Below are positions 12,521 through 23,720 of a stretch of 64,000 nt of DNA, one piece after another. Each line of letters begins with the position of its first letter. The stretch's first letter is position 1. The notes under the pieces are model-generated. The model searched no databases. It saw nothing but the letters and a program-made list of their open reading frames with translations, and was not told where the DNA came from. The DNA comes from Paragordius varius (taxonomy: Eukaryota > Animalia > Nematomorpha). Location of the stretch: positions 13,454,001 to 13,518,000 of the forward strand of contig OZ176051.1 in assembly GCA_964247055.1 (NCBI GenBank), given 5' to 3'. The translations under genes and the position numbers were made by a program.

Positions 12521-14593
12521 TTTAATAGGATAATATCCTCAAAATGAGGGCAAAATGTTGAGTCAGGATCTTTAGTTCGACGTCTTCACGTAAAAATTTA
12601 ATAAATATGCATATCAATTTTTAAACAAACAGTATGAATTCCAATTTGTACCCATAGTGGTAATTAAATATGATATAAACATTCATTTAATATTAAAGAA
12701 TCGTATTAATTATCATGAAAGTATCAATTAACACATCATTTGACAGTATGCGGATTAATGTTGGGCATTGGTTATAGAGTAGCGTATGGGTAAAAACAAA
12801 AATGGTATTATCACCCTATCTTACAAATTAAATTTTATTTAATTAGGGAATTCGTTCTATCTCATTCGCTTCTGTATTATTTATTGGCCAAACAATAATG
12901 TGATTGGAACAACATCAATGTGCACACTGTAAATACATAAATGGAAAGTTTTTTGAAAATTATCGGAAAAGGATGTTTTCTAAAGAGTGATCTATTGCAG
13001 ATATGAAATCGAATTCTATATGTGAACATAACCTGATAGGTAATTTAGTAAAAGAATACTATAGAGAGCAAATCTGGTTTAAGCCAACCCATCTATATGA
13101 ACATTAATTGTATTAAATTTTATGATAAAAAAAATTATTGATATTGTATTTCACTCCAATTATTAACCATATATAACTTAATAAAATTTGAAAACGTGAT
13201 AAATTTTATATTTAGAGTAAAAACAAAATTTATTAGTTCCTTAAATTCTTTCCAAAATTGTTCAGCCTAGTTTTTAAAGGGATTATTTGTTAAAATCGGA
13301 CCTAACCAGAACATAAATTTTTTAAACGTTATTAGAAAGGATATTACCCATTTCAAAAGCATATAATATACAATTCTATGTAACGTAAAGTGACAATAAT
13401 AACACACACTTACTATAACAATTTTAGAAGTGTAAGCTCTTATAAAATACATTTTTATTAATTCTATTAAACGGTAATAAACTAGGATACAAAGGAATGT
13501 TTTTCGATATACTGACGATATTCTTATTTATAAATATCATAAGAGGGTTTGCACATTTTCATATATATTTATGCAAAATATTTTTAAATAGTAGCATATA
13601 TTCATTGAGAAGGAATTTAAACTATTCACCCAATGCTTGAGACCTCGTAAAAGGTATTTACTTTTCTCTCGATTATTGATATAAAAAAGGTTATACAAAA
13701 ACGGCCACAAATTAATTTAGTAATTTAAAGCTGTGAAATTTATTCCAAACTAAAAATTATAATAAAGTAATTACAACTTTCGACAATTTTTACAATTATC
13801 TTTAAAGAAGCGATGTATCCTGTTATAATCGGAAACCAAATTGAATTTTGAAAAACACTCATCATATTTTTGCCCAGCTATGTTTAGTTAATTACAAAAA
13901 GTTATGTTGGTAAATAATATATATAATAATAATTTGTTTTGGAGATGGATTTATTATTGATTCTATAGCATATGATTAGCTCTTTCTTTGTATTTTATAT
14001 AATCCGGTCTTTTTATTACAACTATAAATTTACATATAGGCAAATAATTTAAAAATATTATTTAGTCAAGCATTCCTGCCCAAAAAAATAACAGATTAAA
14101 TATCATTTTTTGTGGATTTATGCATAGTTGATTATTTAAAACATAAATTTTTAATTACGATGATAATCTCTGAGTAAAAAAACAAAACTACAAATGAAAT
14201 TAACCGATAATCATATTTTTAATTAAGCATTTTTTCGAAATCCATATATACCGTTATTTTCTGTTTTTCATACAATATCTTACCTTATCATAATTGTAAA
14301 CACTTCGACTGTTGTTTCAGTTTTCCAGTTAATGATATGAGTACAGTTTAAGCATAATGTGCCAGTATTTTTGTATTTTAATTCACTGCTAATATGTGCT
14401 CTTTGATTTGAAATATTTCTTATATAAGATAAATTTTTTACCAATCGCTGTGACTTGATTGAATTTTTTTAATTATTTATAATATTTTTGCTGGTGAAGA
14501 CAGGATTAAGAACTTACGTTTATGAAGGCGACGCGCGCTATAAGTGGTTATGTTTTCAGTTTTCTAGCACTTATTATAAGGAAATTCCACCAT

Positions 14594-14643
14594 ATAGGGT
14601 AAATTTGAATTATTAAAGGGTGAATTTGAACTGTAAATGGTAT
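14594..14643 (-). repeat. 50 bp inverted repeat, right copy (pairs with 8196-8245)
   Basis: ATAGGGTAAATTTGAATTATTAAAGGGTGAATTTGAACTGTAAATGGTAT. Confidence 0.85.
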
Positions 14644-14799
14644 TCAATAAATATCTAAGTGATAAAATTAAATGAAATACAACCAGTTTTTATATCAATT
14701 TATTTTTAAACTTCATGCGGAATGGAAGGCGCGTGAAATATTTGTTAAAAACATTTCAAAATAAGCCTGGCGCTTGGAGAGTAAATGTCAATTTTTTGC

Positions 14800-15815
14800 C
14801 TAGTCAATCAATTATATATATCCATTTTCCATTCAACAAAACGTTTTCCCAGTCCATCGAAACATTTTCCCAATCAATCGTAACGTTTTCCCAGTCAATC
14901 GAAACATTTTCCTTAACAATAAATACATTTTCCTAATCAAAAAAAACGTTTTCCCAGTCAATAAAAACGGTTTAATTTTTGATACAAGATATAAAAATCT
15001 TTCAACCATTATCAGCTTAATATTAAGATATTATTTTTTATAAAAACACAATTATTGAATGAAATTTTTCCAATTATATTACAGTGCACAATCATTAATG
15101 ACTTATTCTTTAAAAGTTATATTTTATGCAATTTGAATTTTTGAGAAAATATTTAATAATTTTTTGTTTTATTGATGGTGCGCATCAATATTCGGGGCTA
15201 AATTATAAAATCTATAGTTTCGGATGTAAAAAGTTTGTCGATATAAATACTGTCTGAAAAGAATATCTAAACAAAAAATATTTTTTAGATAAAAACGAAA
15301 AGGATTTTGACTAAAAAAATTGTATAAATTAGGGTAGAGCTGCAAATGTTTAAAACCCGATTTGAAGTGTTAAATGACCGATTTGAGATGAAAATGGTAT
15401 ATTTTTTAATTTATAATTTCACCCGAAGCTATAGATTTTATAACCCCGATTATAAACGCAAACCGATACATAAAAAGATTATTAAATATTTTCCCAATAT
15501 TTCTCAAAAACCATACAATGCTCATCCAGTTAATAAAATATAACTTGTAAAGAATAAGTCATTAATGATTAAGTATTGGCCAATAAAAAAATTTCATTTT
15601 CAATAATTGTGTTTTTCTAAAAAAAATATCCTAATTAGTGAGCTCTTAATGATTAACAGTTTTTTTATATTTTAATTTGATATTTATCTTTAAAAATGAA
15701 ACCGTTTTTATTATATGGAAAAATGTTTCTAGTGGTAAAACGTTTCGATTGACTGGGAAAATGTTTTGATTGAGTAGGAAAACTATTTTTTTGAGTGGGA
15801 AATGGTATATATTCC
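14800..15815. mobile_element. Foldback element with long TIRs containing 21 bp modules
   Basis: AAACGTTTTCCCAGTCAATCG-type units at 14840-14960 and inverted at 15720-15800; arm homology continues about 14975-15130 versus 15540-15700. A second family member lies at 33375-37735. Confidence 0.75.
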
Positions 15816-17239
15816 TAACCACTATCATTACGATAACACGATTTTAATACACAACAATCCTTATCATACATGCTGTATGCAAAATTAACGATTTTAATAT
15901 ATGGTTATTTTTGTTTTATTTTTAATTCTTGCGGCTTTTTATAATGTGTATTCAGATTTCCTACGTATTTTACCCATTATAAATTTATTTATTTCAAGCA
16001 AAAATTTTTAAAAAATTTGTGTAAAAAACAGAGATTAGAAAAAGTTTAACTTTTGCCTATTCTGCTTAATGTAAAATTTGATATCAAAATTATTAAAATC
16101 ATTGATAGACACTTATGACCCCAGAGTAACACATTTTTACATAAATGGAAATGTGTGCTATAAAATATTTAACATTTATAGTTCAAATATTTTAACTAAA
16201 TTTTACTATTAATTTTATTATTTGATATGTAGATAGAAAAAAATAGCCATCGTTCTAGTTTTAATTCCGTCGGCTTCCGTTACGGAGTATCTGAATTTTT
16301 CTGGATTATTGGTTTTAAACCTGGACCGTGAAAAAATATTTTTTGCATTTTTACCATGCTTGAACATAAGCTAACTTTTCCGTAGCGTTATAGAGATTAG
16401 GAGTGGAATCAATACTGTAAATTTATCATTTAGATAAGGGGTGGCCAATTTTTTCACGCGGGCACGTAAGAATATTAGGTATTAAAAAATTGATTTGTCA
16501 CTTCAACACAAATGGTGCAAATATATATGGTGACTAACACACATACACTATTAAATAATATACGAAAAATATTTGAGTAGTTTTTTAATCATTTTATCAA
16601 AATACATAAATAATGTTGATCGAGAAGACCTCTGGTTGCCACAATCAGTACAATTACTAAAGCATTTACATTATTTCACAATGGATAATTAACTGATCTT
16701 GCGACGGATTTTGGATGAATGGAGTAAAAAATGGATTTGTAGCTCTTAAAGATATTTATAATTTACTAGATTTTATGGATTATGCATACTAGGTTTTAGA
16801 TAATGGACATATACTTTAAGATAGTAAATTCCATCAAATCAAAAAGAGGGTCGGGCTGGGTTTTGAGTTTAATTAAAAGAAATCGGTGTTGACACAGTGA
16901 GCTGGTTAATACAGATGTATGATGGTTATGTCGTGTTGTTTTTTATAGAAAGATTAAGACTTTTTTTACTAAAATATAAATATATTTTACCGAAGAAAAA
17001 TTATTTATATCCACATGTGAAAGATCTAAAATCGCTTCTTGATCTTCCCTTTTGATGCGATATCTCAAAAAAATTGTACACTGCAAATCAATTTAAAAAC
17101 AGAGATTTCTTCTAATTTGAGGTCTAAAATTTCGCTCTCAAAAATGTGTGAATTTAGGTAAGATTGTGATTAAGATCATCATTTGTCCGCATAATTGTGT
17201 TTTTAAGTTTTTTATTGATTCCATAATATTTTTAATTAA

Positions 17240-17785
17240 GCATCGCATATCACAAATGTGGAAAAAATACCATTCGTTAAAATTAATAATAAATAATAAA
17301 TTAATCAAACTACAAACTAAATGTGCCATTTACACTACAGCCATCCGTCCCGTTCTCACATATGCATCTGAATCCTGGCCGATGTCAAAAACAAATGAAT
17401 CCAAACTCATAAACGCTGAATGCAAATTATTGAAAACAATATTATTTGCACACAATCTCTCTAAATTCAATTATACCGAATCCATAAACCCGTACCATAT
17501 ACTCAATCTCAACCCCATCAACAACGTCATCAGAAATCTCCGGTTACAATGGGCTGAACATGTTGAGAGACGGCAAGATACTCACATTCTTAAAACTATG
17601 AAAAATTACTCGATTGAACTACCAGCGAAATCCGGCCGACCCCATACCACATGGCTCAACACAATAACTAAAGACCTCGAATCGCTCAATTTAAACCTAG
17701 AATTAGCCAAATCAAGAGAAGAGTGGAAAAAACGGGTGTACCGTCATTTAATGGCAATCCCCATACAAAATGATGATGATGATCT
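17240..17785 (+). mobile_element. RTE-like LINE, 5'-truncated 3' end with (GAT)n tail
   Basis: IYTTAIRPVLTYASESW, LRLQWAEHVER, GRPHTTWLNTITKDL, SREEWKK; ends in ATGATGATGATGAT at about 17770-17784. Confidence 0.85.
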
Positions 17786-18199
17786 TCTTAACTTTCAAAC
17801 AGCACTTCAAAAGCCTTAGTAAAGCTTTTTTCAAAATTTTTAAATCCTAAAAAGTTTGTTGTTTTTATTAAGATTTCTGATATATTTTGTAAGTTGCAAT
17901 GGAATTTTTATGATTTTTGCTGTTTACAATGTTCTTCTGAGCAAGTTGCTCTTTTAAAAGCTTTTTAGATTTGAGATTAAATTGTATTTTTGATAATTCA
18001 TGTGCAGCATAGTATAATGTATTTGGACATTTGCCTTTTTAGGCAAATTCACTGTAAACTTACAAATAAAACTAGTACACCTATCGATTATATAATATTT
18101 ATTATATTTCGTTTATAGAGGTATTAACTTCTTTAGATAAAAAATGAGAAAAATTATATAAAAAATAAAAACAAAAATAAGACATAAATGACAATATAT

Positions 18200-20130
18200 A
18201 GGTTTATACCAACGAGCAGATAGCACTTATCAATCCTCAAATCTCAAAAAGCAAAGAAATGATCAGCTAAAAAAAAGACTTGCTGTAATGAAATCTAATC
18301 TTGTTACCATCAACCATATCAATAAAACTGTCATTAACCTTACACAGCAACCAAAAAACCTAGTATCGCTTCTAAGCCGCGGACTAAATTTTACACTGAC
18401 CCCAACTATGCTACTAACAGAAACCATTATAACCGAAGATGTAAACAGTATAAGTCAACTACCACAAATTCACAGTGATAAAATAAGAGTTGCCACCACA
18501 AAAATCCTAGAATCCAAATTACCCGCCCCAAAATATACCAAATTAGAAATAAAAGCCCTTAAAGTCATTGGTGAACCCTCAGTTGTAATTCTCCCGGCAG
18601 AAGGTAATGCCGTGGTAATCATGGTCAGCAAAATTTACGCTGAAAAAATGAATGATATAATGCATAATTATAATAAAACTATATTACAATCCAAAAAGAG
18701 GCCACCCAAAAAACACAAATTGGTAGAAAAGCGGTAAAAAAACTAGATTACATAATAATTTTAAAACAGCATGCATACCAAAATTAACTATTTCACCCCG
18801 TATTTATGGGGCTCCTAAAACTCACAAACCAGAAATACCCCTCCGACCATTTGTCGATAATATTAACACACCTACAGACAGGTTTTCTAAACAACTTATA
18901 AAACATCAAAAGCCTTTTGCACAGAATTCCGTCTATTACATACAAAATGGTAAAGAGTTTGTAAAATTACAACAATACGTCATACTAGTCACCTTGGACA
19001 TACAATCCCTTTTCTTAAACATCCCAAGAAATGAATAATATCTATCATCGAAAAGTTGGTCACTCATGGCCTAATCCCGACATTCCATAGTTAGTGAAAA
19101 TATGCAATGATTATTTTTGTACAAAAAGTAATACTATTTACAAAATACTGGTACCCCATGACATCCAGTCTCTCCCCAATACCAGCTATTCTATACATAA
19201 AATTTTTCGAAAAACTTCTGTTTGAATCTTCGACACTATCCCGTAGATGCTAATATCGATATGTAAATGATATATTCATGATGTTGCAACACGGAGGAGA
19301 AACACTATATACCTTTCTAGATTTTTTTAATGACATAAATTCCAATATACATTTCACCATGGAATGCAATCCCCAAACTCCCTACATATCAACTAAAAAT
19401 CAAGAATGGCATAATCCAACATACTGTCTTTAAAAAACACACACTAACTTATAATTAAATGCAAATTCCCATCATCATCCAGCCATAAATACTCAGCTTT
19501 AAATACTCACATATACAGAGCTAATACTCTTTGTGATTAATAAAATTTAAAATAACGGTTATTCAGTTAACCTTTTTAATAAATTAAAGAAACATAAATC
19601 AACTGAAACTACAAAGTATTCAATCTCTTTTATCGTTCTACCATACATCAAGTTGTCACAACCATAATTGGATTTTCGACAAAAATAAAGTAAAAGCTAT
19701 GAAGACTCTTTTAATCTCTCATATCATGTTTAATAACGAAATTTTAAAAAAAAGCCTTCTAGGAGTTTGTGAAATTACATGTTCCTATAATGAACACCAA
19801 TATTAACCCGATGGAATGAACATGACCAATACATTCGTGCCTGCAAATCCTCTTTTGGATTAGCATAGCATATAATCCACAATGATCACCACATTATAAC
19901 CCGTAAAGCAATCACAAACATTGCTCAATACAAAAGCGCCGGATACGTGAGTCTATCGAGATCAAGAAGCATAATCCTAGACATAATCGTGAGACGGCCT
20001 GGTCATATCGTCAATTTGGAACCCTTCTTCAATACAACATTTATAAAGGATACTATTGTTGGTTTTATAAATTATAATACACATCAAACCATATATATTA
20101 CAAATCAATTACCTCCATCAAAACAATTAT
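18200..20130 (+). mobile_element. Penelope-like element (RT plus GIY-YIG), decayed
   Basis: VINLT...LLSRGLNF, VILPAEGNAVVIM, YGAPKTHKPEIPLRP, GTPM, RYVNDIF, NIHFTME, and a GVCEITCS GIY-YIG-like remnant; many stops and frameshifts. Confidence 0.85.
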
Positions 20131-20329
20131 AACAATACTAGCGTAAATTTCGTGCGGCTACGCAGCCCGGAGGAAGTCCTTCCGACTTCTGAGGGGGCTT
20201 TTTGAAAAAAGGGACATTAAATGATCCATATATGGGGTTATTTCGAAACATTATTTAATAGCTATGATCTCTAAAATCTTCAAAACGGTGCATTCATACC
20301 AATATATTGTTGAGTGGTGCTATACTATA

Positions 20330-21099
20330 TTTTTTTACCTTTTTATGGGTAATATTTAAAGCCTTTATTGAACTCCTACCGCTTCTTAAGTTTTTGGAAA
20401 ATTAGCTCCAAAGCCACGGCATTTTTGTATGGCATCTCAGTTTTACACCTGAAGACCCCTACCGAGAGGCCTATATGAAAAAAGCGCTAAGTAAAATGTT
20501 TTGACTCTATAGGAAAAATATTTGGAATAATCTTTGACACCATCGTCTCATGGGATATTCGAAAAAATACCTTAACACTAAATAATCGTTATATGGTGGC
20601 ATATTTTTAAGGCATAAAGCCCTTAAATTAAAGGCGAATAAAAAAGCCTGACCTTAATTTTTATTTAGTTACGGGTAATATTAATTATTGAGCTCATATG
20701 GCATAAGTTTTAAATTGGTTCCAAAACAACGCAATTTCTATATAGTGGCACAGTTTTTTGCGAGTAGCTTGTTATCCAGAGGTAGGTATAAAAAAGCGTC
20801 GGGCAAAATTTTTGTCTTTATATGGAAAATCTCTGTTATAATGTCCATATGTTGCTATAAGTTCTTGGATATATTGATTCAAAACCAAAAATTGTTCTAT
20901 GGCTTAGGGCGTAAAATTTTTCTTAGCGACACATTGAAATAACCCCCTATACTAAAATATTTAAGAGGTAAAAAATATTTAAGGCCCTTATTGAACTCAC
21001 ATAGTCTCATAGGTTTCTGAAATTTGGCTCCAAAAGGATGCTGTATCGATATAGTGACGAATTTTTATGCGGGTAGCCCCCTATATATTTAACCGATAA
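20330..21099. repeat. Satellite-like tandem array, ~165 bp monomers (left part)
   Basis: Recurring TTTTACGGGTAATATTT...ATATGGTGGC...AAAAAAGCG...AAAATTTTTG at about 165/330 bp spacing. Confidence 0.7.
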
Positions 21100-23091
21100 C
21101 ACTGTGCAACAAATTTTATCCTTTTCTTTTAGACCAGAGTGAAAATTACGACATCTTATAGAGAATTTTTTTCTGAAAATAATGATATAATTAATATTTT
21201 CCTAGCACATTTTCACGAGCCGCTAAAAGGTTTCAAAAATCCAAAAACCATCAAAAATGCCTGTTTTTGTAACCCAATAACTTCTTGAATTATATAGCTT
21301 ATTATATTTTTTTTGGGGGATATTACAAATTATATTTTAGAATTCATGTAACATTTTAAAATTTTTTAAAGTCTCTACTACTTTTTGATTTATTTGGAAA
21401 AAACGAAACTTAGCTCCAAAAAAAATAGCGTTTCAAAACAATGAAAAATTAAGAGACATACTGGCATCATTTGATTGACAGCTTTTCATTATACATTACT
21501 AAAATAATAAAATTTAATTGCTTTTTTATAAATATGAAAAATAGTATATATATTTAACACTTGGATACAACACACTCATTTTAGTCCTTCGATTCAAATT
21601 GGGGTAGTTGGATACCCCAGGCCTTTTTAAAAACAAATACTTTAAAAAGTATGGAAATATTCAAAACCATGGCAAAATTTTGCACTTATATAACATTTAT
21701 AAACCGAAATATATAAAAAATTTTCAAAAATACTTGATATTACTTATTTTAAGCTAAACCCAAAGGTAAAAATTTCGTCAACGTGACATGTGTCAAATTG
21801 TAAAATTAAAAAATAATACAAAATAAACCGCTTTTCTATTTCAATCAATGTTAGATGTAAATTATATAAAAAATTAGCTTTAGTTTTACCTTTAAAATCA
21901 AATGAAGACGATATTTTGCAAAAATTTTGTAAAATAAAAATGGCGTCGAAGTAGTTTGAGATGGAACTTTTTTTTCAAAACAAAATTTTATCAAGATATT
22001 TTGGCATATTTATATAATTTTTATCAAGATAGAAGCATAAATTTAAATTGGGACCGTTTCCTTCTGTATTTTCTAAAAATATTAATTTAAATTTAGTCTG
22101 GGGTATTTAGATACCCCAATTTGAATCGAAGTGTTAATGTTATAATAATAAATTTAATAAAATGATAATATTTTTAAATTTATTAATGTTAATGGATAAT
22201 AAACTCTGTGTTTGAATTAATATTATATGATTTTTAGTAATATTTCAATTATGTTATTATATATTTTTGTTATTATTTTAAAGTAAATTTATTTATAAAC
22301 TACTAAGGTTTTAAAAAATTTAATACAGAAATGATTTCAAAATTATAAATATATTAAAATATTTTTTAATTAAGACACAATATACGAATATATTTATTAT
22401 GAAAGAAAAAAACAAATAAATGCCTTTTTTGCTCTGTTAGTTCAACATTTCAGTTTATATTTATTTGCATGTTTATATTTTTATTTGTTGAAAAAAACTT
22501 TCGTATATTAAAAAACAAAATATCATGATTCATATAATCACGTACAATACATAATAAATAAATTTGCATGTTTAAAAGTATTTCTTATTTATAAATAATA
22601 TATATCAAATTAATATTATATATTTATTATTTTATTAATTATACTATTATACTAATTTATTCCTAAAATTAATATTTACATTTTTTAATTAAACATGAAA
22701 TTTTTCCATTTTGTTATGTATAAAAAATGGTATGGTGCCTGCACGTCTTTTAATTTTTCATTGTTTTGAAACGCTATTTTTTTTGGAGCTAAGTTTCGTT
22801 TTTTCTAAATAAATCAAAAAGTAGTAGAGACTTTTAAAAATTTTAAAATGTTACATGAATTTTAAAATATAATTTGTAATATCCTCCAAAAAATAAATAA
22901 TAAGCTACAAAATTCAAAAAATTATAGGGTTACAAAAACAGGCATTTTTGATGGTTTTTGAATTTTTAAAACCTTTTAGCGGCTCGCGAAAAAGTGCTAG
23001 GAAAATATTAAATATATCATTATTTTCAGAAAAAAATTCTCTATAAGATGTGGTAATTTTCACTCTGGTCTAAAAATCGTGTTGCACAGTG
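21100..23091. mobile_element. Non-autonomous Chapaev3/CMC-like DNA transposon with ~370 bp TIRs
   Basis: Termini CACTGTGCAAC...GTTGCACAGTG flanked by a 3 bp TAA duplication; near-perfect inverted arms 21100-21472 versus 22730-23091. Confidence 0.8.
21585..22133. mobile_element. piggyBac-like MITE nested in the Chapaev3-like element
   Basis: Inverted ends CTTCGATTCAAATTGGGGTA...TACCCCAATTTGAATCGAAGTG followed by TTAA; the left target reads TTAG (degenerate). Confidence 0.45.
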
Positions 23092-23720
23092 TAATTTAAA
23101 AAATCCGCTCGACTTTTGTTTTTGCCTTTTTACGGGTAATATTTCAGGCTCTTATAAAACTTATATGGCTTGATAAGTTTTCTGAAAATCAACTTTTAAA
23201 CAACGCAAGTTTGATATGGTGGTGCAGTTGTAGGCGGGTAGCTCCCTACCCAGAGGCTGATACAAAAAAGCGCTTGATAAAAATTTTTGCCTTTCGGAGA
23301 ATAACTGAAATCATCATTAATTCCATATGCTCTCATTAGTTTTTGGAAAAATTGCCTCAAAATTAAAAAGTCATTTTATGGTGGCGCATTTTTTAGGGCA
23401 TAAAGGGCCAATTTAACCGCTAATTTTAAAAAACCGGTTCGACTTAAATTTTTGCCTTTTTACGGGTAATATTTTAGCAGCTATTGAAATATGACCTGAT
23501 ATGTTTTCTGAAATTTAGCCCCAAAGGCACGTCATTTTCATATGGCGGGTCAGTTTTTAGCGGGTACCTCCTTACCATCAGGTATCATCAAAGAAACGTA
23601 CGACTAAAATTTTTGCCTTTTAACAGGAAATAACTGGAATTCTTATTGAATTTTACGGTCTCATACCTTGGGCGAAAAATAGATTCGAAAAATTTTTGTG
23701 GACCTAATTTTTTCGAAAAA
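23092..23720. repeat. Satellite-like tandem array, ~165 bp monomers (right part)
   Basis: Same monomers and orientation as 20330-21099, starting near 23128, 23291, 23458 and 23618. Confidence 0.7.

Larger units (their letters stand above)
8480..14595 (+). repeat. Arm 1 of an inverted segmental duplication containing cofilin A1
   Basis: Reverse complement aligns with 25075-29900 (and 44803-50760). The other arm lacks about 11128-13306 and carries an added RTE insertion. Confidence 0.9.

Noticed and set aside
16790-16950. DSKF and GWVLSLIKR fragments resembling a Merlin transposase
   Set aside because: Too short and split across frames to support without a profile search.
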